A DNA stretch of 64,000 bases from Octopus vulgaris (lineage: Eukaryota), in contig OX597821.1 in the NCBI GenBank assembly GCA_951406725.2, positions 17,918,001-17,982,000 on the forward strand, given 5' to 3'. Positions 41,623 through 55,605 of this stretch are shown here, one piece after another. A program made the position numbers and the translations under genes. Below the pieces are notes generated by a model that was not told where the DNA came from, did not search any database, and saw only the letters and a program-made list of their open reading frames with translations. Position 1 is the stretch's first letter, and every line of letters begins with the position of its first letter.

Positions 41623-42008
41623 TGGAAGCACTCCGTCGGTTACGACGATGAGGGTTCCGGTTGATCCGATCAACGGAACGGCCTGCTCGTGAAATTAACG
41701 TGTAAGTGGCTGAGCACTCCACAGACACGTGTACCCTTAACGTAATTCTCGGGGATATTCAGCGTGACACAGAGAGTGACAAGGCCGGCCTTTTGAAATA
41801 CAGGTACAACAGAAACAGGAAGTAAGAGTGAGAGAAAGTTGTGGTGAAAGAGTACAGCAGGGATCACCACCATCCCCTGCCGGAGCTTCGTGGAGCTTTA
41901 GGTGTTTTCGCTCAATAAACACTCACAACGCCCGGTCTGGGAATCGAAACCGCGATCCTATGACCGCGAGTCCGCTGCCCTAACCACTGGGCCATTGCGC
42001 CTCCACTA
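41623..42008 (-). mobile_element. tRNA-derived SINE family B
   Basis: Head ggaggcgcaatggcccagtggttaggg...ggtttcgattccc. 12-bp TSD atgggcaataga (41611-41622, 42009-42020). Confidence 0.88.
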
Positions 42009-42321
42009 TGGGCAATAGACTGAGTATAACATTCATAGACTTGACTGCAATACTGTATTATATATGATTCACCTCTACATGTCAGAAGGAGCAAAATGGT
42101 GTCTAACTAGATTAAAGTACATTATTGCACAAAAACTAAATTAAGGATATCATGACAAACGACAGTCCTTCCTGGAATCGACTCCCTTTAAAACAAACTA
42201 CAAAGTTATACATTTTCACTCGGCTCACCGTCTATGCACCATGAGCCTGTTTGTTTTATGGTTGTCCCAGAGACACACAGCAGCAATAGTTAAAAAAAGT
42301 TGTTCTAAATACCCAAATTAT

Positions 42322-42487
42322 AGGCGCAGGAGTGGCTGTGTGGTAAGTAGCTTGCTAACCAACCACATCGTTCCGGGTTCAGTCCCACTGCGTGGCATCT
42401 TGGGCAAGTGTCTTCTGCTATAGCCCCGGGCCGACCAATGCCTTGTGAGTGGATTTGGTAGACGGAAACTGAAAGAAGCCTGTCGTA

Positions 42488-42568
<81 letters not shown>

Positions 42569-42745
42569 TTGTGTGTCTGTGTTTGTTACCCTAGCATTGC
42601 TTGACAACCGATGCTTACGAGACCGATAGAATAAGTACTGGGCTTACAAAAAGAATAAGTCCCGAGTTGCTCGACTAAAGGCGGTGCTCCAGCATGGCCG
42701 CAGTCAATTGACTGAAACAAGTAAAAGAGTAAAAGAGTAAAGAGA
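42322..42745 (+). mobile_element. SINE family A
   Basis: Near-identical to 18038-18488 with a small internal deletion. Confidence 0.88.
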
Positions 42746-42850
42746 GCTGTTTACCTATAACATACAGGACACACAGTCACAGCATCGAAGTTATAAAGCA
42801 TCACACCATTGGCTAAAAGTTAACTTTCAGTTATTACTAATGAAACTTAC

Positions 42851-43024
42851 CTTTATCTGCGTAAGGTTGAAGATAGTATGCAAACTTCATAGAGAATCGA
42901 AACCGTCTCGTGCACACCAGACACATTCCGAGTGAAATTAATAGCATTACGGTAACAGCCACAGCAGTTGAAATAGGTGTCACGGAGGATTTGTGGTGGT
43001 TTGTAACAGGACCCTGGTTTGTAT
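42851..43024 (-). CDS. EGF-TM-TIR receptor, exon 2 (stalk and transmembrane helix)
   Basis: Not in the ORF track. Acceptor ttcttaattacag| and donor AAAG|GTAAGT; 174 nt, phase 1-1. Open translation (D)TNQGPVTNHHKSSVTPISTAVAVTVMLLISLGMCLVCTRRFRFSMKFAYYLQPYADK gives a hydrophobic stretch followed by a basic RRFR motif. Confidence 0.88.
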
Positions 43025-43220
43025 CTGTAATTAAGAACAGATTATGTTACTTCCATTTATAGAACCGAACGCATATTCAACTATCAACAGCCCACTATTC
43101 TAAGCTGTAAGTAGTTTACTGTAATTTGTGCATGACCACCAAGTTGTGTATAGGTATAATAATGCACAGTTTATAAGACAATTAACTGTAATATATCCAG
43201 CCTACGTAGTTGTATTACTT

Positions 43221-43589
43221 GGAGGCGCAATGGCCCAGTGATTAGGGCAGCGGACTCGCGGTCGTAGGATCGCGGTTTCGATTCCCAGACCGGGCGTTGT
43301 GAGTGTTTATTGAGCGAAAACACCTAAAGCTCCACGTGGCTCCGGCAGGGGATGGTGGTGATCCCTGCTGTACTCTTTCACCACAACTTTCTCTCACTTT
43401 TACTTCCTGTTTCTGTTGTACTTGTATTTCAAAGGGCCGGCCTTTGAAATATCCCCGAGAACTACGTTAAGGGGACACGTGTCTGTGGAGTGCTCAGCCA
43501 CTTACACGTTAATTTCACGAGCAGGCTGTTCCGTTGATTCGGATCAACCGGAACCCTCATCGTCGTAACCGACGGAGTGCTTCCATCCC
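43221..43589 (+). mobile_element. SINE family B with 63-bp flanking duplication
   Basis: Same sequence as the 41623 and 61153 copies. 43158-43220 is repeated at 43590-43652 with 1 mismatch. Confidence 0.9.
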
Positions 43590-44279
43590 AATAATGCACA
43601 GTTTATAAGACAGTTAACTGTAATATATCCAGCCTACGTAGTTGTATTACTTATTTATAACCAGGTAAGGTACTATTCAAAATAGTTTCTATTTGTCTCT
43701 TTCTTTCTGTCTCTGCCTCTCTGTTTGTCTGTCTGTCTGTCTACCTCTCTTTCTCTCTCTCCCCCTGTCTCTCCCTCTCCCTCGCTTATACAATGAAATA
43801 GTACACTTAAGATACCAGAAACAAATGATATTTAATTCGAGGAGAAGGCACTTCGCATCGTACTCTGTAACATGGTTTCCAAGCAGGAACTATATACAGA
43901 GTGTTGGCCTGATTAAAAGGTCCGTTTCAATTTTTCGCTTCAAATTGCTGCTTATAATATTTCTTATATGGAATATTATTTGCAATTAATTTAAATAATT
44001 TGATATTATTCGACGAACATGTTTTGTGTCCGTAATTTGCGAACATTTGTGAAATGGACATTTGTGAGCACTGAGTAAGAGAAATTCTCACATGAGAAGT
44101 CATATAAAACAATGGTTACATTAGCATTATATACTTCATATGATGTATAATGCATAATTAATAAGAAAAAATTACTATAATTAATGAAAACGTTAAATAT
44201 CATTTGTCATACTCTCATAGACAATATCTCAGGAAGTGTTGCAAGTTTAAGAAAAATAGTAAACAAAACATTATTACAA

Positions 44280-46180
44280 GGACTTTTTATAGAACACCCA
44301 CCTCCTGGAAAAGGGTACAAATGACGCGCCATTCTCGATGACGAAGTTGAGTAACCTCTCCTATTTTCTCCAATAAATATGGTGTCACTTAGAGAGGGAT
44401 GTGTAAATGTACATGGTTTGGGGTTAGCTTGGAAATCATATCACTTGCTCGGTGACCTCAGATCACAAAATATAAATGTGGTACCTATTACTGAAGCCAG
44501 AAATTCTGGAACACACACATTCATCCTCATTTTTGACAACTACAAGACAGACAAATCTTGTGGTCTGACGGAATCGGGCGGTAAAGCGCTTCTCCAGAAA
44601 AAAAAATGGGTTTGGCTTACGCTCGATCTTCCTGAATGAAGGAAATAAATCGGCGGTACAGTCCCTCAGGACAGTAAAGGCAGTGCTTTTAAATTAACGG
44701 TGGTCCATGCATCGCCCGAGAGTGGACGAGCGGGATTCATTAGACGTCTATATACTTCTTAGAACTAGAAGATGATTGGAATTGTATTTTAGATGCATGA
44801 TGATACTGTGTAGGATGAACCCATAGAAGAAAGGTGTCAAAAGACTAGAAAATCTATTCAAACATTTCCAACTGTCTGAAAAGTACGCACTGCAATTAAT
44901 TTCGAACGTGGAGCAACCACAACGGTCATCAAGATCATAATTTGACTGCGTTGTTCGTTGAAACCCGTGGATTGACTGCGATAAAACTAAAAGACAGGTA
45001 TCCGGCTGTTGGTAGCTTAACGCGACTTCCCGAAGCGCAAAGGTTAACGAGATCGAATTAGCGAGCCAGTCAAGTTGCAGTTGACGGGGATGGTAGTCAA
45101 CAACAGGCGGTGGAACGCCTTGAAGGGGGCAATTATATGGATCGATAACGTTAAGTAAAGAACTAGTGATAGAGAGGAATATTTGATTAATAGACTTCAG
45201 GAGAAGCTATATAACAAGGCAGAAGGGGCGATTAGAAAAGGGATTGCAAACAATGCGAAACACGATGGCTGTGTGGTTTGGTCTGGGTAGTCACGCTCTA
45301 GGTGACCGTTGCACCCCAAGGGGGTCAAGACTATATTGAGGGCTTGCAGTCGGCAGGTGGATGTCTCCGGGATCGTTCGGCAGGATGCCCGAGACGTCAG
45401 CCCAATACGCCGTTAGCCCGGCGGGTGGCCGCCGCCTTCACGCCACCCTGCATTCGTTCATTAAAACAGAAGGAAGCGAAAGTTGTTCGATGGGCACAAG
45501 TGGCGGAGGCAGGGCATTCGTTGCAACACAACCACAATTCGGTCTTTGACCGAACAGTGTGCGCGCGTATTACTCGGTTCCAAGCAGATATGTGCAGCGT
45601 TCCAGCAGCACTACTGAACTGTTTAAAGTAAGCGATAGGTCGACGGAGTACAAAGTTGTTATTAACTTTTCACAGTGTCCGTCGAGAGTCGCGACAGACT
45701 GCCTCAGACCCATAGTTTACTTCAAACAGTTGAGCAAAGTGCTGCTGGAATGGTGCACATATCTGCTTGGAATCGAGTGGCACGCGTGCATCATGGTTGG
45801 CTAAAGACCGAAGTGTGGTTTTGTTGCAAGGGACGAATCACTCGACTTGGTTGATCTAAACTATGAGTTTTAAGGCTATATGCCAGACTTGTTTGATAAG
45901 GTCGGCAAACATCTATTGCAATTGGCAACGGAACGGAAAAATTCTCAATTCCGGGGACTATGCTATTTTAACTCGGGGGGGGGGGGGAAGTCACCAACAA
46001 AAGGGGATGATCTAAATAATTTCCAGACTATAATCCTGCTAAATGCAGGGTTCAGTATTTTGGGCAAGATGTTAACAAGACGATTGTTACTTGTTACTTG
46101 TCGTTGGTGAAGCAAAAACAGGAGCGATTCCCAATAGATTCATTTACAACCTCCACATGATGCGATATATCATAAAGGGT
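44280..46180 (+). mobile_element. Highly decayed L1/Tx1-like LINE ORF2
   Basis: APE N-terminus GCVNVHGL...ITEAR and RT remnant NFQTIILLNAGFSILGKML.RRL, with many stops. Boundaries approximate. Confidence 0.55.
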
Positions 46181-47228
46181 TGGGATTACAATCTATGTGC
46201 GCATACACATGTCATATTTTAGGCATTCGAAGTCAAAGATCTAAGATATCAGTGAATCAAAACATTACTCAATGCGTTTGAATGCAGAGCATTTAATTTT
46301 GTATGTCGGAGTTTAACCAATCTTTTCGACAGGAAAGTTGCATGTAGGAAATTAAAAAGTGTTAGGAAAGGATAGGACATTAGGCTGAATATGGTACTAT
46401 TTGTCATTATGTTTTCACACACCCTAGGCAATGTAGTCTTCAAGAAGTAAATAAGGAAACAGAAATAAAAGAATAAATATACAGGGTTAAGAGTGAGTAA
46501 AAGAATTCCTTCGTGCACCATAAACGGAGTCGCTCTTTCTCACACACCCCTCCCTAATTGGAGATAAATACAAAGAAAGCCAGAGTGTTTATCAAACTCA
46601 TATATGTATGCGTTAAATACATTCGCATATACACTGGTACCTCTATTTTCTCTCTGTAATTCGCCCTCTCTGTACTCATAATTAGATATACAAACATACA
46701 TTCTTTCAAGCATATATATGAAAGAGTAACAGGAAACAATATCAGTGATAAATCAAAATATTCATTTCTACAACTGTTTCAATAATTCTTATGTAATACT
46801 ACAATTTCAATTATAATCATATAACAAGAATTGTATTATCGTGTTTAATAATCACATCACCAAAGATTTTTAGAATATGAATTGCAATTACAAATTTGCT
46901 CTTATAAAAGGTTGAAAAATCAAATAACAAAGCAAAAAAAAAACAGGACAAAAATAAATAAAAGAAAAGAAACAATATAAAATGGAAAAGGGGGAAAAGA
47001 AATAATAAATAACATATAAAAATATACAAATAAAGAGTAAGAATATAATTTCTGGAGTTCATCGCTGGAAGATTAAGTACTATAGATCATGGCAGTCTGT
47101 CTAGATATCTCATTATATAGCCATCTCATTATAGTTTTCAAACAGCGATGCTAGTGGGCTAAACCATCATAAACCATCAACAGACTAGAGACAAGAATAT
47201 GAGTCACCAATCGACTATAATATACATG

Positions 47229-47291
<63 letters not shown>

Positions 47292-47728
47292 GGCCGAAAC
47301 AGCTGTAAGATGTAATCTATACTTATATTTATATTTACTTATATTTATATTCTCTTTTATATATATTCTACTTATTATACAACATTACTTTTTTATGTAC
47401 ACTTTTTTATGTACATTCCTTTATGTACCCTGATTTGTTCTGCTTTTTATATCTAACCCTACATTCTCTTATGTGGTGGTTTAATAAAGTATGTGATTGA
47501 GTATTATCTGGTAATTGATAGTTGATTTAGATGTATTTCTCCATTTTCTTATCTTGTATTAGTAATTTGTGGTAAATCATTTTACCTTTGCCCATATAAT
47601 ACAGTAAATGAATTGATTACATCGCAATCATTAACATTTATGTATTAACTTTGTTGGGTACTTCACTAGCAGTACATTGGATATATGTTATCCCATGGAG
47701 GGTTGCATTTACAACCCCTATCTCAATT

Positions 47729-47780
<52 letters not shown>

Positions 47781-47863
47781 GGTCCCGGGTTGATTCGGGG
47801 TTAACCACAGTAAGTAAGGTACTCAATACATAGCAGAGTAAAATTAATTTATTATATAGAAGG

Positions 47864-47914
47864 AGCTTCTACAGGACTAGTACTGTTTCATTCAAGAGAA
47901 ATCTTCAGGAAGCT
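47864..47914 (-). ncRNA. Type I hammerhead ribozyme within Penelope-type terminal repeat 47778-48000
   Basis: Reverse complement: agcttc CTGAAGA tttc..gaat GAAACAG..CTGTA gaagct. Same family as 52682 and 60368. Confidence 0.72.
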
Positions 47915-48030
47915 ATTTAACAAGAATTGTATTAGCATTTATACATTTAGGCAGGTTTAAAGGAGTGGTGGTGGGGGACTTTTTTGGGGGTAGGCATAGC
48001 GCTATGCCTACCCCCCAAAAAGTCCATAAA

Positions 48031-48072
<42 letters not shown>

Positions 48073-48842
48073 CACCACCACTAACATTTAAGTTAATTTG
48101 TCAAAATATTTTGTTAAAATCCGACCTGTTCACTGACAAAGCCTCATATATGTATAAATGCTAATACTATGTATGATATGTCGTATGTATGTATGTATGT
48201 ATGTATGTATATGTATGTATGTATGTATGTAGTATGTATGTATGTATGTATGTATGTACATAGTACGCATGTGCGTATGTATGTATACGCGCCGTATGCA
48301 TGTGCATGTGTGTGTGTACATGTACGTGCGTATGTAATGCCCCAGGTAGTATGTATGTTTGTATTCATTAGTATGTATTGTTCTAAATGGGCGATGTGTC
48401 CGTGAGTGTGTACATGTGTATGTATGTGAACGTATGTCCGTGTACTCATGTGTCCGTCAGTTGGTACATGACTGTTTAGTGAAGGTTGTATACATATTTA
48501 ATATGTTTGTATGAACACACAATATATATAGTTGTAATTCAACGCTAGGTACTTCATCAAACAATCTGCTCATGTTGTATATAATCAATAGCATTACTAG
48601 TAGACTACAGGTGAAAGGGAGAGAGAGAGGTGTTATAGAATAGTCCTTCTAATGGATCTGATGTTATTCCTCGACTTTCTAGATCCCTTGTGCCTCAGCA
48701 TGTTGAGAAGATAGTGGCTTCCCAATGTAGTTGTCAGGTGTTGAAGGGTCTCACCTATGATTTCTCTCAAATGAATGACTTGGCCCGTAACAATGCCTTA
48801 GTACTAGTCCTGTAGTAAGACTCCTTCGGAATATAATAAATA

Positions 48843-48927
<85 letters not shown>

Positions 48928-48958
48928 TATACATACAGGTAGATATATACATACATAC

Positions 48959-49007
<49 letters not shown>

Positions 49008-49018
49008 GTTAGAAGTAA

Positions 49019-49086
<68 letters not shown>

Positions 49087-49139
49087 CAACATATATACAT
49101 ATATAAATATATATATATATATATAAATATATATACAGA

Positions 49140-49497
49140 GAGATTTAATGGATACAAATTAATTAATTAATTAATCAACATATTCACCAATAATTGTTTA
49201 ATGTCACGAAGAAAATTAAAATTACAAAACATATATGAATATATAATTTTGCACTTTAAATACCTTGTAAGGAAAATCATCAGGGGGCGCAGATGTCTAT
49301 ATATTCTGTGTATTCCAAAAGTATCCTCATGTAATCCTTATTGTCCTCTGCGCACCCTGATGATCTTCCTTACAAGGTATTTAAAAGGCAAAATTATAAA
49401 TTTGTATATATTTTGAAATTTTAATTTTGTTTGTGAAATTAAACAATTGTTGGTGAATATGTTGATTAATTAATAAATTAATTTGTATCCATTAGAT
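49140..49497. repeat. Older inverted terminal-repeat pair
   Basis: 49142-49293 is roughly complementary to 49347-49497. CTGATGA core at 49357 with a degenerate GAAA half. Confidence 0.65.
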
Positions 49498-49542
49498 ATT
49501 TGTTTTCCAATTCGGTAAAAAAAATGTTTGATTTTTATGATA

Positions 49543-49935
49543 TCTTTATATATAAAAGTAAGGTTGTGTGTCTGTCTCTTACGATTTAGATTCCTAACTA
49601 CTCCCACATTTTGCGGTGCAGTTTAACCAAAACCGGGTATCTTATAGTCGTGATTCATATCGAGCCCTTCTGGGTATTAGCGCGCGTCTACGATGAGTCT
49701 ACGATTAAAAAAAAATTAACATCATTTTTTTCATTTTAATGCATTTTTTCGCTATTATATAAGGGAAGTAACTCTCTAAAAATGTCTACGATGAGTCAAC
49801 GATTTAAAAAAAAAATTACCATCATTTTTTCCATTTTTAATGCATTTTTTTGCTATTTTTTGGCTATAACTCTCTAAACATGCTTATATAGTTATTTCCC
49901 TTACAAACCCGAGCAACGCCGGGCGATACTGCTAG
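49543..49935 (+). mobile_element. Non-autonomous Helitron
   Basis: A|TCtttatatataaaag ... cccgagcaacgccgggcgatactgCTAG|T. Confidence 0.82.
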
Positions 49936-50092
49936 TTCTATATAATATATTCATTCAAGAGTTATCTTTTCAATATCTAATAAATCAACCCAGTGTATCT
50001 TGGATGAATATCCCTTATAGAAGGTTTAAATATACTCATTGTGACTATATACATATGTGTGTGTGTGTGTGTGTGTTTGTTTGTATGTGTGT

Positions 50093-50134
<42 letters not shown>

Positions 50135-50649
50135 TCCTCATAATTACATTTAATATATTTATATAGTGGTGTTTGATCCGTCTTTATGTTCTGGGTTCAA
50201 ATGCCGCTGGGGTCGACTTCGGCTTTCATCCTTTCAGGGTCGATAAAATGAGCAGCAGGAAACCACTATGGTTGATCTAATCAATTTACCCTCCCTTGAA
50301 ATTATTGGCCGTGTGCCAAGATTTGAAACCAATATATTTACAGATATGTGTATGTATGTATGTATGTATGTATGTATGTATGTATATACATATAAGAAAA
50401 CATATCTTTATATTTTTCAATTGCATATCTTTTACTTTTTATATTTATATATATTATATTTAATCCTTATTTAATTGTCATTCACATATTGTACTTCTCT
50501 TTTTTCTTATATCTATATATATGTATATTTTTACATTTATATATATATTATTTATATTTAAATCTTTATTTATATTTTTAAATTGCATATCTTTAGCTTT
50601 TTTTATATTTATATATATTATTTATATCTCATTCTTATTTATATTTTGA

Positions 50650-51178
50650 GTGTCGGTTTGGTGTCTAGAATGGGATAGCTTACCTCATGGACAGGTAGGA
50701 GCTCATTAACCTTGGTTGGTAATCTATCTAGGAGAAGGAAATCTGAGGCCTTGGATGTTCTTGGTTTTGTAAATTTTCATGTTACACCGGGGAAAGTCTT
50801 CTTGGGCAAATAGGTGCATGCTACAATCACTGAAAATTATTCATCTTCACAGGTACTTCCTGTACCCAGATCTTAGTAAAATCATTGAATCGGTTCGTTG
50901 GTAGAAACCTAAAAATTCATTAGATGGCAAAAAAGGCTTAGGAACGTCACGGGAACAGCTCTGGCTCGGCAGGTGTCCCACTGTGGTCAAACAATCTTCA
51001 AGTAAAAAATAAACATCCTTTGAATTTTGGCAATTGGAATGTGCCCACACTTCTTGATGATAATTTCAACAAGAGGCCAAAAAGACGTACTGCACTTATT
51101 GCATGTGAGCTTAAGAAATATTCCATGGATGTAGTTGCGCTCTCTAAAACTCGTCACTCTGGTGAGGGTCAAATAAAT
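50650..51178 (+). mobile_element. RTE-like LINE 5' fragment (APE N-terminus)
   Basis: NFGNWNVPTLLD...PKRRTALIACELKKYSMDVVALSKTR..GEGQI. Confidence 0.7.
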
Positions 51179-51197
51179 TAACCTACACACACATACA

Positions 51198-51252
<55 letters not shown>

Positions 51253-51285
51253 GTAAACATACAGACATTTTATATACATACATAA

Positions 51286-51324
<39 letters not shown>

Positions 51325-51407
51325 CGTGTGTGTGTGTAGGTAAATTTTAAATACAAACATACAGACATTTTATATATATATATATACATATGCATATATG
51401 TATATAT

Positions 51408-51468
<61 letters not shown>

Positions 51469-51651
51469 ATTAGGGCTTAGTAAAATAAATTACTTTGCCA
51501 CATACTGAACTTAGTAGAAATAGCAGCCAAAAAAAATTTTTTCTTAGCATTTCTACTACTTAAAGAAAATTTCTCTCAGATAATGTTTACTCCAGACAGC
51601 TCACGAAGGTTTGGGGGTAAATACAGAAAAATATCACAAGTACATAGATCG

Positions 51652-51714
51652 TTTGAGTACGTCAACGTTTCAAGATTAGCCAAATAAAATCAGCATTTCT
51701 TTCGTCAGCTCAAA
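51652..51714 (-). ncRNA. Type I hammerhead ribozyme
   Basis: Reverse complement of 52285-52347. Confidence 0.75.
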
Positions 51715-52284
51715 ATTTCTTAATTTGTATTTGGAAACACTAAAAGAAGGAACTTTACCTATCAGCGAACTTGTCGCTTCAGATGAACCACTCCAACTAA
51801 ACAGTGTCAACAACTTCAAAATGCGCAGGCGTAAAATTCTGCACTCCCCATTCCACCCACGTGGTCTATCTAGCAAACATTATATTTTAACCGCGAGAAC
51901 CGAGGCTGCTATTTCTACTAAGTTCAGTATGTGGCAAAGTAATTTATTTTACTAAGCCCTAATTATATAATGTAATATTTTGAATTCGCCTTAAATGGTC
52001 CTTTTACATACTGAACACTTGGTGAAATTGATTAATTAATTAATTTTACCCTCAATTGTTGATATTATAATTCATTTCTCTCGGTCATACTGCCTCGGTT
52101 CTCGCGGTTAAAATATAATGTTTGCTAGATAGACCACGTGGGTGGAATGGGGAGTGCAGAATTTTACGCCTGCGCATTTTGAATTTGTTGACACTGTTTA
52201 GTTGGAGTGGTTCATCTGAAGCGACAAGTTCGCTGAGAGGTAAAGTTCCTTCTTTTTAGTGTTTCCAAATCCAAATTAAGAAAT

Positions 52285-52347
52285 TTTGAGCTGACGAAAG
52301 AAATGCTGATTTTATTTGGCTAATCTTGAAACGTTGACGTACTCAAA
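52285..52347 (+). ncRNA. Type I hammerhead ribozyme
   Basis: tttgag CTGACGA aaga..tctt GAAAC gttgac GTA ctcaaa; stems I, II and III can all pair. Confidence 0.8.
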
Positions 52348-52628
52348 CGATCTATGTACTTGTGATATTTTTCTGTATTTACCCCCCAAACCTTCGTGAG
52401 CTGTCTGGAGTAAACATTATCTGAGAGAAATTTTCTTTAAGTAGTAGAAATGCTAAGAAAAATTTTTTTTGGCTGCTATTTCTACTAAGTTCAGTATGTG
52501 GCAAAGTAATTTATTTTACTAAGCCCTAATTATATAATGTAATATTTTGAATTCGCCTTAAATGGTCCTTTTACATACTGAACACTTGGTGAAATTGATT
52601 AATTAATTAATTTTACCCTCAATTGTTG

Positions 52629-52666
<38 letters not shown>

Positions 52667-52669
52667 TTA

Positions 52670-53348
52670 TTATATAGAAGGAGCTTCTACAGGACTAGAA
52701 CTGTTTCATTCAAGAGAAATCTTCAGGAAGCTAGTTAACAAGAATTGTATTGGCATTTATACATTTAGGCAGGTTTAAAGGGGTGTTGGTGGGGGACTTT
52801 TTGGGGGTAGGCATAGCGCAAAATATCATACTTGGGGGAGTGGTCAAGGAGTCAGTGTTAAATTAGATAGAAGAATAAATAAAAAATAATAAAAAATAAA
52901 AAAAAAAATATATATATATATATAAAAAAAGGGGGATAGAGTTTTAGGTAAATAAGGAGATTCTCACTTATACCTATGCACATATGTATACATATATACA
53001 CACGCATACAAACATATATACATATACATACACACATACATACACACATATATATATATATACATATATATACACTTACACATACATATACATATCTACA
53101 CATACACATATATGTATACATACACACACTCACATGCATACACGTATACACACATGTATATATACACACACACGACCACACATACATATACACACAGAAA
53201 AATATATATACACATACACACACATACTCACATACACGCATACACACACAAATCCACACACACACATGCACACCCATCACACTAGTCCCTATATACACAT
53301 ATATACACATACACACATATATATATATACACACACATACATATACAT

Positions 53349-53398
<50 letters not shown>

Positions 53399-53805
53399 GT
53401 GTACCTATGCATATCTACACATACACACATATATATATACACATACAAATACAGACCCATTCCCTAATTTTAATTTTATTATCTTCGTTTATTACTTTTG
53501 TTATCTTTGGCCGCTTGGTCACAAACATCTTGGCTATGACAACCAGTCCATTTATCTGTCTACTGGAAAACAAGCACTCATTCACTCACGCACACTCTTT
53601 AGCACGTACACTCACTCATTCGTACACTCATACACATACACGCACGCACGCGTTATATTCATACATACATACATCTACATACATTCACGTATATACACAT
53701 ACGTACGCGTACCTACAGATTCATGTCTACACTCTTAGAAGGCTAGTCTATACATATACACCAATAAATATAAATACACACACATACACGTACACCTACA
53801 TACAA

Positions 53806-53873
<68 letters not shown>

Positions 53874-54012
53874 TCACATATATATACACACATATACATA
53901 CACATACATACATACACATATATACACATATACACACATATACACATATATACACACATACACATACATACATATACACACATACACATACATACGTATA
54001 CATACATACATA
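52670..54012 (-). repeat. Left arm of a roughly 1.3-kb inverted repeat (right arm about 59095-60432)
   Basis: Unique segments match in reverse; ORF 53397..53738(+) is nearly identical to 59369..59710(-), and 52858..53460(-) to 59647..60135(+). Confidence 0.9.
52682..52732 (-). ncRNA. Type I hammerhead ribozyme
   Basis: Reverse complement of 60368-60418. Confidence 0.75.
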
Positions 54013-54019
54013 CAACAAC

Positions 54020-54417
54020 TGCCTACAGAGGGACCTAGTATATACATGCGAGGTAAGATCAGGCCCTGACGATAAAAGAAAATCCTACATAGGAATGACG
54101 TCAAACAGCTTTAAGACCCGTTGGTACGCACACACTCGTTCCGGCGACAAGATAAATCCAACCAAACTACCCTCGCCGCCCACATCTGGTACCTTAAAAG
54201 GAACTCCATCCCCTTCAAGACCAAGTGGAAACTACTACAGAAGGCGCGCTCGTACACAGGAGGCCATACCCGCTGTGACCTCTGCATATCGGAGAGCCTA
54301 GAGATCTTGTTCGCCAAAGGCCCTCTCCTTAACAAAATCTCAGAACACTCCCCAAATTGTATGCATAAGAAGTATGCGAACTACAAGAACTATAGACCTA
54401 CCCGGCAACCAGATTGA
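54020..54417 (+). mobile_element. Penelope-like GIY-YIG endonuclease C-terminal remnant
   Basis: SYIGMTSNSFKTRWYAH / SFRRQDKSNQTTLAAHIWYLK...CDLCISESLEIL...LLNK.SE...CMHK, with one frameshift. Same subtype as 31815. Confidence 0.8.
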
Positions 54418-54638
54418 TGACACCCCACCCACAAAACCCCCCAATCCCACCGTTCCCCTAGCACCCCCGATTACCTTTTCTCCTAAGACCTTTCACATAT
54501 TGTATGTGCACGCTTGTATATGTGTATCGTATATATGTATAGAAATGTATGGGTATAGTAGGATTATACGCATGTATTATGTGTGTGTGTGCGTGTATGT
54601 ATGTAAAAAAAAAAATATATATATATATATGTATGTGC

Positions 54639-54671
<33 letters not shown>

Positions 54672-55072
54672 TAGATGTATGTATGTATATATGTATATAT
54701 GTGTGTATGCATATGTATGTGTATATGTATGTGTGTATGTATGTGTATGTATGTATAAAATATTATATAATTAGGGCTTAGTAAAATAAATTACTTTGCC
54801 ACATACTGAACTTTCTAGAAATAGCAGCCAATAAAGTTTTTTAGCCTCTTCCACTACTTAGAGAATATTTTCCCTCAGACATTGTTTACTCATAAAAATA
54901 ATGGTCCTTTTACAACTGAATACTTGGTGAAATTGATTAATAACTAATTAACCTTACCCTCAATTGTTGATATATGTATGTGTGTGTATATATATATGTG
55001 TGTGTATGTGTATATGTACATGTATGTATATGTGTATGTATGTATGTATGTATATATATATATATATGTATG

Positions 55073-55127
<55 letters not shown>

Positions 55128-55416
55128 GTGTATATATGTATATATATATATATATATATACATATATGTATGTGTGTGTGTATATGTGTATTATGTGTGT
55201 ATATGTTTATATATATGTATATGTATATGTATATGTATGTGTGTGTGTATATGTATATATGTGTATATATATGAGTGTACGCGAGTATGTCGATGTATAT
55301 GTAGGTATGTAGAGTTATGTGTATGTGCAGGTATGTGAGTGTAGATACAAATTGTAGATGTGTATATATATGTATGTGTATATATGCATGTATATAGGTG
55401 TATGTATATGTGTGTG

Positions 55417-55463
<47 letters not shown>

Positions 55464-55546
55464 GCGAGTATGTAGAGATATTAGTATGTGCATGTGTATA
55501 TATATGTGTGTATATATATGTATGTGTATGTGTTTGTGTATGTATG

Positions 55547-55605
<59 letters not shown>

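Larger units (their letters stand above)
51463..52630. repeat. Inverted plus partial direct Penelope-type terminal repeats
   Basis: 51463-51906 is complementary to 52092-52537, and 51904-52063 is directly repeated at 52471-52630. A diverged relative lies at 54762-54970. Confidence 0.85.
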
